64,000 bases of DNA from Escherichia phage 4MG. Both the position numbers and the translations under genes were made by a program. The notes below the pieces were generated by a model. That model was given only the letters and a program-made list of their open reading frames with translations, made no database searches and was not told the origin of the DNA. Below, in pieces: positions 1 to 9,573 of the stretch. Location of the stretch: the sequence record NC_022968.1, one strand, 5' to 3'. How positions within the stretch are numbered: position 1 is the stretch's first letter; every line of letters begins with the position of its first letter.

Positions 1-1998
1 ATGATAATCCAACGTGCCGAAGAAAAGGTCCAGGTATCTGGTAGCGTACAACGTTACCAGGCGGGGATCGCAATTAATGCTGAGACATTCAGCATTCTTA
101 TCGACGGTATTTATAACGATAAAGTTCTGGCGGCAGTGCGTGAACCCCTGTTCAACGCTGTAGACTCACACACAGAGGCTGGATGCCGTGAAAAGGCGAT
201 TATCATCCACTCTCCAACCGACCTGGAACCTTGGTACTCAGTCCGTGACAGTGGGTTGGGTATGGATTTCAACATGGTAACCCAGACATTTATGATGTTG
301 GGGTCTTCCACCAAACGTGAGTCCAACGAACTGATCGGTGCTAAGGGTATCGGATCTAAGGCTCCGTTTACTGTGACAGACATGTTTACGGTCACGTCTA
401 TTAAAGACGGCATTAAGACCGTGTACTCAGTCCATAAGAACGAGGGCATCCCAGAGGTTGTTCCTCTGCACGAGTCTAAAACTGAAGAGGAAAATGGCGT
501 TGAAATCAAATTCAACGTAGATCCTTCTGAGACTTCAAAGTACCGTCAAGCTATTGTCAAGTGCTTGCGTTATGCGAAGTTCCCGTATGAGATCAATGAT
601 CCGTTCGTGACTTCAGAAATTAACGACCGCACTTACCCGGTGCAGTACCGTTATGAAGATAAAGACACCGGATGGATGCTGGAGATGTACGGTTCTGTGT
701 CCAAGAACTCAGACAGTGTTGTGGTGATGGGGCAACAGCCTTATCTGTCAAACTTCCTGTCAAGCAATAAATCCTGGCCGATGATGATGGTTTCCATTCC
801 TATTGGCGACTGTGATGTTAACCCAGGTCGTGAGTGGACAATTGAAGGGAAGAATGACCGTGGTTTCCGTGACCGTCTGGAGAAATTCGTCACCGATGCT
901 ATTGAAAAGCGCGGTAGTGAAGTTGTTGAGGAGCTTAAGAAACTCCCGACGCTGAACGAAGTGCAGGAGTATATGAAACGTGTCGGTGGTTACTTCGCCA
1001 ACCGATACGGCTCAGGCTTCATTGCGGATAAGTTTAAAGATCATCTTGGGGCATTCAAAATTGAAAACTGCGTGTCCTATGGTGAAAAAGGCACTCGTCG
1101 CGAGACAAAACGAGAATATAGCTATTCAGATCTGATGAACGGCTCTCCGTTGGTTTATAACGATGACGATAAGTGCATTCGCACCAAATGTAACTGGCTC
1201 TCTGAGAAGCGTTTCAAACGCGTCTACGTCACAGAATGTCCTGAGGCCTTAGATATTCTCAACGATCCGTTCTTTGTTGGGATGGTATTCAAGCTTTCCG
1301 AGCTAGAAAAGCGGCCTGTTGTTAAGGGTGAGAAGAAGTATGGTGGCTACAGTCTGTATGAGCCTGGTCACGCTGTTTGGATTATCGAACAAGACGGTTC
1401 AGTCCAAAAAACAAGGATTTCTCGTGCAGATTTTGACGATATAGATGCCGCTATGATCTATAGTGGTGGTCAGGTTAAAGGCGAGTGTGCGCTTGGTAAT
1501 GTTGATGGGTTAACCCGTAGACGTACTCAGTCTGATACTTTCCTGAAAGAGCTTGGAATCACTGGAAAACTGTACATTGTACCATTGAATCGCTCAGGCT
1601 GGCTACCGGATGAGACCCGTATCATTGGTCGCGATGATTTGTATGAGCTTGCAAAAACAAACCTCATGGAATATCATCTGAACCAGTACACCAACTGCTC
1701 TTCAACATATCGCCAATTGGTGAAAGAGCTTGGAATCTTTGGTGTTAAGGTTGTAAGTGATCCAGAATACAAGCCAAAGGTTAATATGTCGTACTCCCTT
1801 TCTAACGTTGAAGGGTATTACGAGCTTGACCGGAAGGCGAAACGACTTGTCAATGCCCGTATGCGTATTGGCAGAAAACTTCTGGAGATTAAAAAATCTC
1901 GATATCCTTTACTCAAGTATGTTGACCTTAAACACTTCAACACACCAGAGATGATTGAGTATCGACAACTTATTGATAGCAAAGGAGAAACTAAATGA
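1..1998 (+). CDS. Bergerat-fold (GHKL) ATPase-domain protein
   Basis: 665 aa ORF; N-box ExxxNxxD (EPLFNAVD), G1 DxGxG (DSGLGM), G2 GxxGxG (GAKGIGSKA); DxDxxG-like motif (GDCDVNPG) further on; stop overlaps next start (ATGA). May be 5'-truncated at window edge. Confidence 0.5.
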   Translation: MIIQRAEEKVQVSGSVQRYQAGIAINAETFSILIDGIYNDKVLAAVREPLFNAVDSHTEAGCREKAIIIHSPTDLEPWYSVRDSGLGMDFNMVTQTFMMLGSSTKRESNELIGAKGIGSKAPFTVTDMFTVTSIKDGIKTVYSVHKNEGIPEVVPLHESKTEEENGVEIKFNVDPSETSKYRQAIVKCLRYAKFPYEINDPFVTSEINDRTYPVQYRYEDKDTGWMLEMYGSVSKNSDSVVVMGQQPYLSNFLSSNKSWPMMMVSIPIGDCDVNPGREWTIEGKNDRGFRDRLEKFVTDAIEKRGSEVVEELKKLPTLNEVQEYMKRVGGYFANRYGSGFIADKFKDHLGAFKIENCVSYGEKGTRRETKREYSYSDLMNGSPLVYNDDDKCIRTKCNWLSEKRFKRVYVTECPEALDILNDPFFVGMVFKLSELEKRPVVKGEKKYGGYSLYEPGHAVWIIEQDGSVQKTRISRADFDDIDAAMIYSGGQVKGECALGNVDGLTRRRTQSDTFLKELGITGKLYIVPLNRSGWLPDETRIIGRDDLYELAKTNLMEYHLNQYTNCSSTYRQLVKELGIFGVKVVSDPEYKPKVNMSYSLSNVEGYYELDRKAKRLVNARMRIGRKLLEIKKSRYPLLKYVDLKHFNTPEMIEYRQLIDSKGETK

Positions 1999-3275
1999 GC
2001 CAACTATTTGTATCGCGCAGCGCTGCCCGTAAGTTTGCAGCAGAAAATGGCATGAAGGTTGTGGATCGCGGGGTATCCCCGGCGGTACTGGCAACTGGTC
2101 GTTGGATGGTTGTTCCAAAAGACAGCCAAGGGGCTTCAAAGCCCCCTGAGGTTGACATGAGCTTCACCTCTGAAGCCGTTCCTGCTCAGTCTTCTATGTT
2201 CTTTGCGAGTCGTGGTGAAGCCCGTGACTTTGCAAGGGGCAAAAAGAATGCAAAGATTATCGATCATGCTCAGGGTCCTCGCGGGGTAAACTACGGTGCG
2301 GTTAAAGATCTTGGTAAGCAAGGTAAGCGTTGGGAAGTGACTTTTGAGGTTACCGACCTGCATATCGAAGCCACTGTCACACTGTTGCCTGAACCACGCA
2401 AGGTCCCTGTGACTGTGGTTGTTGAAGAGTCCGAACCAAAGACGTACTTCGACGAAGAGACTGTTGAGAAGAAAGATCCTGTGGTTATCATGACCCCCGG
2501 TAATGTCTGCATCTCTATGCCTGATGGTACTCAGCACACGATCAACCGTGACAACGAGATCTTCCCGGATGTCGGTCTCCTACTGATTGAGGGCGACATT
2601 GATGGTGCTATCGCCCTGATCGAGGCAGGTAAGGAAGCTAAAGCAGAGAAGGTTGTTGATCTCGGACCTGATCTGAAACTACTGGACGGAATTCTGTACT
2701 GGCACGGACAGAAGCAGGAGACAACTCTTGCAAAACGTATCCTGAATGATATCGAAAATGGCACTTTCGATGAGCGATACGTTAAGTTCATGCAAAAGCT
2801 GATGCACAACCCGTCCTACGCTTCTGTGCAGATGCTGTATGACTTTATTCAGCACAACGACCTTGAGATCCTTGAAAATGGTGACGTTAAGGCGTATAAG
2901 AAGATCACCAACACAGGTGATGGTCCTCGTGATACCCGAACCAAGAAGGTTCCAAACTACAAAGGCCAGATTATTTCTATGCCACGAAACATGGTTGAAG
3001 ATAATCCAAGTGTCTCTTGTAGCCAGGGCCTGCACATTGCCTCTTTGGAATATGCAGGTGGGTTTGGTGGTAATAGCCTGATCGAGGTTGCTGTTAACCC
3101 GGCAGACGTGGTTAGCGTCCCTTACGACTACAACCAGCAGAAGTGCCGTTGCTGTCGCTATGAAGTGCTTACGGGGGTTGACAAGCCAGTAGGCGCACCG
3201 GATATTCTGGTAATCGGTGCAGCAGGTGAAATCCTGGAGCAAATCTATCTGGAAGAAGAAACTAAGGAGGATTGA
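1995..3275 (+). CDS. hypothetical protein, translationally coupled between ATPase and helicase
   Basis: 426 aa ORF; ATGA overlaps at both ends; contains VVVEE ... DIDG motifs spaced like a Toprim core (inference only). Confidence 0.55.
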   Translation: MSQLFVSRSAARKFAAENGMKVVDRGVSPAVLATGRWMVVPKDSQGASKPPEVDMSFTSEAVPAQSSMFFASRGEARDFARGKKNAKIIDHAQGPRGVNYGAVKDLGKQGKRWEVTFEVTDLHIEATVTLLPEPRKVPVTVVVEESEPKTYFDEETVEKKDPVVIMTPGNVCISMPDGTQHTINRDNEIFPDVGLLLIEGDIDGAIALIEAGKEAKAEKVVDLGPDLKLLDGILYWHGQKQETTLAKRILNDIENGTFDERYVKFMQKLMHNPSYASVQMLYDFIQHNDLEILENGDVKAYKKITNTGDGPRDTRTKKVPNYKGQIISMPRNMVEDNPSVSCSQGLHIASLEYAGGFGGNSLIEVAVNPADVVSVPYDYNQQKCRCCRYEVLTGVDKPVGAPDILVIGAAGEILEQIYLEEETKED

Positions 3276-4582
3276 TGTCTGATTTTGGTGTGGGCGTTGA
3301 AGCAGCCCTTGGTGCTATCATGTCCGGTGACAACGTATTCGTTACGGGTCCCGGAGGTAGTGGCAAAAGCTACACCATTAAGACCATCCAATCTCTTTAC
3401 GCTGGTTCCGTTCTAACTGTAGCCCCCACGGGGGCTGCTGCCATTAACGTGGATGGGATGACGGCTCACCGTGCGTTTAGATTATCAATGGGTGTCGCTA
3501 CTCAGAAAGATGCTGAAGAACTCAAGCCAAAAGTAAAAAGACTGTTGAAAAGCAAAGCATTAAAGATCATCATCATTGATGAGATCAGTATGTTCCGTGC
3601 TGACAAGCTGTGGGAAATGGATATGAAGTGCCGTGCTGCACGTAGACAGCCAAACAAACCCTTCGGTGGTTTGCAGATCTGCATGTTTGGTGACTTCTTC
3701 CAGAACCCGCCTGTACTCACAGAGACAGAGAAAGAGATGTACTTCCAGTTCCACCCAACGGAATTGTGTTGTTTCTCTGATACCTGGCAAGAACTTAATC
3801 CTTACCCGGTGCTTCTTGAGAAGATTTATCGTCAGAACAGCCGTCGCTTTTCAGATATTCTGAACCTCCTTCGTCGTGGTCAGCGTATTCCGGAGATCGT
3901 AAGAGAACTGAACGGTGTCTGCTATCGTGGTGGTGAGGCAATACCCGATGCAATCACAATTACGTCTACGAATGCGGCAGCAGAAAAGGTCAACAGGAAG
4001 CGCTTTGAAGAAATTCCCGGCCTCCCGGTCCTTTACACTGCGAAAAAGAATGGTGACTTTACCCAAAAACCTGTACCTGAGGAGTTGTATCTCAAGGAAG
4101 GTGCTAAGGTGATGATCACTGTGAATGACCCGAAGGGGTTTGAAGAACCAGAGTATGTCAATGGTTCTCGCGGTGAGGTAATCGAACTTGGGAAAGAGGG
4201 AATCAAAGTCCGTCTTGAATGTGGTAAAGTTGTTGATGTTGAACCGCATGTATGGGAGAATGTTGAATACAACCCCATCAAGGTTCGTAATCCTGATGGG
4301 ACTGTCACTGAAGAGTTAGAGAAGATCACTATTGGTGAGTATCGTGCTCTTCCTATCCGTTTGGGATGGGCTGTGACAATTCATAAGGCTCAGGGCTTGA
4401 CATTGCCGCTACTTAATATAGACTTTGGGTATGGCGCTTTCGCACCCGGAATGGCATACGTTGCATTCAGTCGTGCGACAACAGCAAACGGTTTGAGGCT
4501 ATTGCGTAAGGTCAAAGAAAAAGATATCATTGTTGACCAACGTATTGTAGACTTCTACGAAAGAACTTTCCCTGGTAAATAG
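3272..4582 (+). CDS. Dda-like SF1B DNA helicase (RecD/Pif1 family)
   Basis: 436 aa; Walker A GPGGSGKS, Walker B IIIIDEIS, C-terminal TIHKAQGLT motif typical of RecD-like helicases. Confidence 0.8.
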   Translation: MMSDFGVGVEAALGAIMSGDNVFVTGPGGSGKSYTIKTIQSLYAGSVLTVAPTGAAAINVDGMTAHRAFRLSMGVATQKDAEELKPKVKRLLKSKALKIIIIDEISMFRADKLWEMDMKCRAARRQPNKPFGGLQICMFGDFFQNPPVLTETEKEMYFQFHPTELCCFSDTWQELNPYPVLLEKIYRQNSRRFSDILNLLRRGQRIPEIVRELNGVCYRGGEAIPDAITITSTNAAAEKVNRKRFEEIPGLPVLYTAKKNGDFTQKPVPEELYLKEGAKVMITVNDPKGFEEPEYVNGSRGEVIELGKEGIKVRLECGKVVDVEPHVWENVEYNPIKVRNPDGTVTEELEKITIGEYRALPIRLGWAVTIHKAQGLTLPLLNIDFGYGAFAPGMAYVAFSRATTANGLRLLRKVKEKDIIVDQRIVDFYERTFPGK

Positions 4583-4593
4583 GAGATAAAATC

Positions 4594-5103
4594 ATGGCAT
4601 CATTTTCTCGTTTAGAGTTAGCTAAAAAATTCCGTAAGGAAATCGACGACTGGAACTCAATGTCCGGTCTTCGGGCAGAAAAGGCAATGGACACCGTTCA
4701 TATCCAAATGGCCTCTCTTGACGAGATGATGTCTGCCTTTGGTTACGTTCCGCGCCGACTGCCTGAGTATCCAAACATCACTGATGGTCGCTTTGGTTAC
4801 GTCCGTGCATTCAACAACGATATCACCTCTCTCCCGGTGAACATCTCTCTGGAAGATGCAGTGCATATGCACAACGCTGGTGATTATCGTGGTAATCCAC
4901 TTCGTCGTATGAGCAATCGTATGGCGTTTGCCTTGACTAACCGCATTGTCCAGCAGGTTGCTATCCAGCGCGATAAGAAATGGGGCAACGATGGAAGCGG
5001 TATTAAATCCCAGAAGAAATGGGTAGAATTCTGCGATGACCTCAGCAATGAATACTTCGGTATTCCATTCGACGATGGTCTTGTAAACAAAGAAGGAGAA
5101 TAA
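4594..5103 (+). CDS. hypothetical protein
   Basis: 169 aa ORF with GGAGA SD upstream. Confidence 0.55.
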   Translation: MASFSRLELAKKFRKEIDDWNSMSGLRAEKAMDTVHIQMASLDEMMSAFGYVPRRLPEYPNITDGRFGYVRAFNNDITSLPVNISLEDAVHMHNAGDYRGNPLRRMSNRMAFALTNRIVQQVAIQRDKKWGNDGSGIKSQKKWVEFCDDLSNEYFGIPFDDGLVNKEGE

Positions 5104-5104
5104 A

Positions 5105-5284
5105 ATGCAGGTTGAAGACTTTACTGACCTGAGCAAGGTTTCCACAGAGAAACTACTAAAGCTGCGTGATGTGGCTCGTGACTATCACGACGAGATGCAG
5201 CAAGCAGAGCTTGAGGCATGGAATCGTTTGAATGATATCGAGAATGAATTGAAGGAGCGGAAGAATGCTGAAAAAGCTGTTTAA
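5105..5284 (+). CDS. small hypothetical protein (59 aa)
   Basis: ATG preceded by GAAGGAGA SD; not in ORF track because <60 aa; overlaps next gene start by 20 nt. Confidence 0.35.
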   Translation: MQVEDFTDLSKVSTEKLLKLRDVARDYHDEMQQAELEAWNRLNDIENELKERKNAEKAV

Positions 5285-5588
5285 TTGGCTATTTGCCAAA
5301 GAGGATGAATCCCCTCAGGGTGTTCGTGTATATGACTTCACCACCCGTGGTCCTGGTAATGACATCACCCTTCGTGTGATCGGGGATGGTGAGTATGCTG
5401 AGGCAGTTGTTTTCCTCGACATGGGGGCTGACGCGCCGGAAGTTGGTGACTTTATCGTTGTCGATCTGAGTGATTCTAAATCTACAGAAGACCTGACAGT
5501 TACCTTTGTGGTAGATACTACCGAGCCTGTTGCTCTTGGCATCACGCAGTTAACAATGTCCCGTTACGAGGGTGCTGAAAATGCATAA
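5265..5588 (+). CDS. hypothetical protein
   Basis: 107 aa ORF, AAGGAG SD. Confidence 0.5.
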   Translation: MLKKLFNWLFAKEDESPQGVRVYDFTTRGPGNDITLRVIGDGEYAEAVVFLDMGADAPEVGDFIVVDLSDSKSTEDLTVTFVVDTTEPVALGITQLTMSRYEGAENA

Positions 5589-6072
5589 AGAACGTTCAAT
5601 TGAGAAGCTCCGCGAAGACTTGGAGCGCCTCGCAAAGGATGCAACTCAGGGACAGTGGTGGATCGACTCTCACGGTCATTCTATGGTGGCGTTCTCCGAC
5701 GATAAAAACATGGAGACTGTCTTCATTACCGACCCGAACATGGGTCCAGCGGTACGCCATGCGAGCACAGGAAACCTGTCTCAGTGGAATAACGATGTTG
5801 ATGCAACATACATCGCCACAGCTTGTCCTGAGAACATTCTTCGCCTGCTGAAGGAGTTAGATTCTCGTGTCAGCCAAAGCAATGCGTGGAAGTCTGTTAG
5901 CTCTTATGTGAAAGATGGGCTTGATGGTTACGGTAAAGAGGTTAAAGACCGTGTAAGCGATGAGCTTAACCGTAATGGCTGCAACAGTGCAGCAACTCAC
6001 ATGATTTACTTCATCAAGGCATTGATCGAAGAGAATGAACAACTGAAGTCTGATCTGGAGATGGCAATATGA
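5581..6072 (+). CDS. hypothetical protein
   Basis: ORF track 5572..6072; ATG at 5581 overlaps upstream stop; start uncertain. Confidence 0.5.
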   Translation: MHKERSIEKLREDLERLAKDATQGQWWIDSHGHSMVAFSDDKNMETVFITDPNMGPAVRHASTGNLSQWNNDVDATYIATACPENILRLLKELDSRVSQSNAWKSVSSYVKDGLDGYGKEVKDRVSDELNRNGCNSAATHMIYFIKALIEENEQLKSDLEMAI

Positions 6073-6350
6073 TTAAACCGCAGAAGGTAGAGATTGAATT
6101 TGAATACGACCATCCTGATCAGGGCGCGGTGGTGGTTGAAGCACTTTATACTGTTCAGAAGCCAGACTTCTACAGTAAAGAGAGCGACTGGGACTATAAT
6201 GGTTTTCAGGAGTTAGAGTATTATGCTGTATTCAAAAGCAACTCCCAGATCTACGTTGACATTCCAAATAATGTCCTGTACCATCACCTACGTGAACATC
6301 TGCGTAATGCAGAAATTGAAGGTTGTTTCGAACGAGAGGAGAGCTTTTAA
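6069..6350 (+). CDS. hypothetical protein
   Basis: 93 aa ORF, ATGA overlap with upstream gene. Confidence 0.5.
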   Translation: MIKPQKVEIEFEYDHPDQGAVVVEALYTVQKPDFYSKESDWDYNGFQELEYYAVFKSNSQIYVDIPNNVLYHHLREHLRNAEIEGCFEREESF

Positions 6351-6631
6351 TGGCTGGAAAGAATACCGTCCGTCTTGTTGAATTCAAAATCAGCGAACGG
6401 GAGAAGGCAGATATCGAAGCTGAACTGGCTGATCTACTGGACGAGGGTTTCACCATTGCATCACAGCACGAAGCTGATGGGTATTTGAACTACACCCTGG
6501 TGCGAACCACGCACAATATCAACATGTTGATTGGTGGTGAAACGGATCATCAAACCCGATCACCTCAGCAGAAATACAAGCTTGAGAACGGCGCTGTTGT
6601 TCCTGTAAACAGCGGTAATGTTCTTCATTGA
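6350..6631 (+). CDS. hypothetical protein
   Basis: ATG at 6350 (MAGKNTV...) inside track ORF 6323..6631. Confidence 0.5.
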   Translation: MAGKNTVRLVEFKISEREKADIEAELADLLDEGFTIASQHEADGYLNYTLVRTTHNINMLIGGETDHQTRSPQQKYKLENGAVVPVNSGNVLH

Positions 6632-6641
6632 TGGAGGTTGA

Positions 6642-7334
6642 TTGACAAAGAAGATCATAATTCTTTATGATTACACCTCGGTAATGGCACAGCCCTGGTT
6701 AAGGGCTGGCTATGAAGTCTGGACTTTTGATGGTCAACATTCCCCCGGCATTCACCGAGAGGGTAACCTGGTTAAGGTTGGTATGTGGTTCTTCCACGAC
6801 AAAACCAACGAGCAGGCATCAGAGATCGCAGAGATGGTTGGTGAAGGTGTTCACCTCGTCTTTGGCTTCCCAGAGTGTACTCACCTAACCAATGCAGGTT
6901 CAAGACATTGGGCTAAAAAACGCGCCGCTAACCCAAACTTCCAGAAGGAAGCAATGGAGTTATGCCTGCTTGTAGAGAAATTGGGTAATGAATGCGGCGT
7001 TCCTTGGGCTTTTGAGAACCCAGTAGGTGTTCTTTCCTCGATGTATCGCAAACCAGATTACATGTTTGATCCAAAGGATTACGGCGGGTATCTTCCTCCC
7101 GATGACGTACACCCTTTATATCCGCATGTATACCCTCCACAGGACGCGTACAACAAGAAGACATGCATTTGGATGGGTAATGGTGCAAAACAGCCTACAA
7201 AGCTTCCTGTGAAGGAATTGCACAAAGATAATCCCGGATGGAGAAAGTGTGGTGGCAAGTCTATCCAGACTAAAAACATCCGTAGCTGTACGCCTCGTGG
7301 TTTCGCAGAGGCTTTCTATCAAGAAAATAAGTAG
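6642..7334 (+). CDS. DNA cytosine-5 methyltransferase-like protein lacking the glycine-rich AdoMet motif I
   Basis: 230 aa; TTG start after GGAGG; motif IV-like FGFPEC (PC Cys), motif VI-like FENPVG (ENV), C-terminal TPRGF (TPRE..GFP-like); no FxGxGG. Confidence 0.45.
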   Translation: MTKKIIILYDYTSVMAQPWLRAGYEVWTFDGQHSPGIHREGNLVKVGMWFFHDKTNEQASEIAEMVGEGVHLVFGFPECTHLTNAGSRHWAKKRAANPNFQKEAMELCLLVEKLGNECGVPWAFENPVGVLSSMYRKPDYMFDPKDYGGYLPPDDVHPLYPHVYPPQDAYNKKTCIWMGNGAKQPTKLPVKELHKDNPGWRKCGGKSIQTKNIRSCTPRGFAEAFYQENK

Positions 7335-7342
7335 GAGGGTAG

Positions 7343-7489
7343 TTGAAAAATGTACAAATCCTTCAGTGCCGTGACATCAAGGATCTTGAAGATCGGCTGA
7401 ATGCCTATTTTGAAAAGGGTTACCACATTAGTGGTGGGATCACCGTTGACGGTAATTGGTATGTTGCTGTTGTAGTTAAGCCATTCTAA
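7343..7489 (+). CDS. small hypothetical protein (48 aa)
   Basis: TTG start 4 nt after GGAGGG; fills gap between flanking genes; below ORF-track size cutoff. Confidence 0.3.
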   Translation: MKNVQILQCRDIKDLEDRLNAYFEKGYHISGGITVDGNWYVAVVVKPF

Positions 7490-7495
7490 GGAGAG

Positions 7496-9511
7496 ATGAT
7501 GGGAAATGGTCCGGATTGGGCTGCTTACCGACAAGGTGGACAGGAGAACCCGAAAGCACAGAATTTTGGAAGTAAAGGCAATCGTGGAGGAAGAGTGAGT
7601 TATCAGCAACGTGAAGAAGAGACCCTGGAATCTGTAGTCAATGGCACCCGCATTCTGCCAGTTCCTGAAATGAGTCTCTCTCTCGACGCAGCAAAATATT
7701 TTAAGATCCGTTCGTCTGTGTCCCCAAGCGACGGTGTAACGATCACCGCAACCTATTTGCCATATTATGACAAGTACGGTAAGCTCACGGGATACAAAAA
7801 ACGTGACTGGACTTTGCCAAAAGAGAAGAAAGGTCACTTCTCTGTGGTGGGAACGGTAAAAGCCGCCTCCCAGTTCTTTGGTCAACATGAAGCCGCTATG
7901 GGCGCAGGTCGTAAGCAGATCTTTGTCGTAGAGGGTGAAGGGGATGTTACCGCTGGCTGGCAGGCAGGTTTTGAGTTTGTAAAGGCTCTGCAAGCAAGCC
8001 CTAATGCACCGAAGGGTGTTAAGGATTGGGCTACAAGCGTTCTGAAAGGGATCACCTCTATCCAGAATGGTGAAGAAGTTGCAGGTGTTCCGACATTGCC
8101 GTTTGTCGGATTAAACTGTGGTACAGCTAACGCAGTGGATACATTTGCCAACAACGAGAAGTTCATCCGTGGATATGAAAAGGTTGTTCTCGGTTTCGAT
8201 AACGACGAAGCGACGGCTCTTGAGAAGGAACGTAAGGTCAAGAAAGGTAAGGAAGCAACAGATGATGTAGCGGCGTTTCTGCTGACAGACAACATCTTCG
8301 TAGCCCGTTACCCTAACGAGCGTAACGACCCCTCTGGTGTCAAAGATGTCCGTGACATGTATGATGCTGGGAAGGGACGTGAAATCTGGAACATGTTCTC
8401 CAAGGCAGAAGACCGCTATGTCCCTGACAAGCTGATCAGCCTGAGCAACATTACCATCGAAAATCTTCGTAAGAAGAAGAAAGATGGTGTTCCATTGCCG
8501 GGTATGCCTCGTCTTTACGAGCTAACCAAAGGTCCTCGTACCGGGGAGTTGTGGACTCTGACAGGTCCTTCTGGTGGTGGTAAGTCAACCATCTCCCGTA
8601 AGATCGAGTATGCTATCGTTAACTACCTTCGCGATATGAGCATTCCTCGTCTTGATGGTTGGACGGAGCATGAGAAGGTTGCGATCATTCGTCTGGAAGA
8701 GGATGAGGAAGAGTCTGTTAACAGCTTGTATGCTGAAGAGTTGAAGGTTGACCCGAAAGCATTCGTTGCAGACCCTGAGCAGTTCTTGACTGAAGAGCAG
8801 CACCTTGAGATTCACCAACGCTGGATCAAGGAAGATAAGATCAAGATCTTCGATCACTTCGGCTCCATCCCTACGGATCAATTGATCCAGAAGTTGAAGC
8901 AGATGGTATTCCTTGATGGTTGTAAGTGGATTATCCTCGACCACCTGAGCATGGTGATTTCTGGTCTTAAGTCAGATAACGAACGTCGAGATCTGGACAA
9001 CATCATGACCGAGCTTGCTGCATTCTGTAAGCAGTACGATGTGTTCATTCTCAGCATTAGTCACATGAAGCGTAAAGAACTTCAACTACCGAAGGACAAA
9101 GACGGCAACATGTTGCCTTTCTGGTATCCTGTACGTAAAGAAGATCTCCGTGGTTCTGCCGCACTGGAACAGCTATCCTGGATTGTATTGGGTGTTGAAC
9201 CAGAAGAACTTCCAGACCGCTCTCGTGGACGTGTGCGTGTGGTTGTAATGAAGAACCGCCCACACAAAAAACTTGGTGTCGCAGACACTATGATCATGGA
9301 CGAAAACGGACAATTCACTGATGCGTCTGGTTGGGTATGGGAAGATGGGATGTTTAAACTTGATGGTGCGGTTATGCTTCGCCCTGAGGGTATGATTCAA
9401 TCTCTGCAACTTGAGACCCCGGTAGGTAAGGTCAATGTACCAGCACCTGTCGCTGAGGCTCCTGTTCAACTTCCTAATCCACAGGACTTTGATAACGATA
9501 CCCCGTTCTAA
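7496..9511 (+). CDS. DNA primase-helicase (Toprim + DnaB-like helicase, T7 gp4-like organisation)
   Basis: 671 aa; Toprim-like GFDNDEA; Walker A GPSGGGKST; Walker B IILDHL; C-terminus DFDNDTPF resembles SSB acidic tail. Confidence 0.8.
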   Translation: MMGNGPDWAAYRQGGQENPKAQNFGSKGNRGGRVSYQQREEETLESVVNGTRILPVPEMSLSLDAAKYFKIRSSVSPSDGVTITATYLPYYDKYGKLTGYKKRDWTLPKEKKGHFSVVGTVKAASQFFGQHEAAMGAGRKQIFVVEGEGDVTAGWQAGFEFVKALQASPNAPKGVKDWATSVLKGITSIQNGEEVAGVPTLPFVGLNCGTANAVDTFANNEKFIRGYEKVVLGFDNDEATALEKERKVKKGKEATDDVAAFLLTDNIFVARYPNERNDPSGVKDVRDMYDAGKGREIWNMFSKAEDRYVPDKLISLSNITIENLRKKKKDGVPLPGMPRLYELTKGPRTGELWTLTGPSGGGKSTISRKIEYAIVNYLRDMSIPRLDGWTEHEKVAIIRLEEDEEESVNSLYAEELKVDPKAFVADPEQFLTEEQHLEIHQRWIKEDKIKIFDHFGSIPTDQLIQKLKQMVFLDGCKWIILDHLSMVISGLKSDNERRDLDNIMTELAAFCKQYDVFILSISHMKRKELQLPKDKDGNMLPFWYPVRKEDLRGSAALEQLSWIVLGVEPEELPDRSRGRVRVVVMKNRPHKKLGVADTMIMDENGQFTDASGWVWEDGMFKLDGAVMLRPEGMIQSLQLETPVGKVNVPAPVAEAPVQLPNPQDFDNDTPF

Positions 9512-9573
9512 TCCATTCGACCAACTGATAGGTGGGCGACGATACAGTCAAGCCCACCTTGCATAGGAGGAAC

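Noticed and set aside
111-515. Numerous 60-450 aa ORFs on the strand opposite to long genes (e.g. 111..515, 2136..2537, 23646..24389, 30577..31596, 32401..33552, 43274..43954, 49127..50467, 52149..52994)
   Set aside because: Fully contained antisense to longer ORFs with clear motifs; no independent SD or promoter; typical shadow ORFs.
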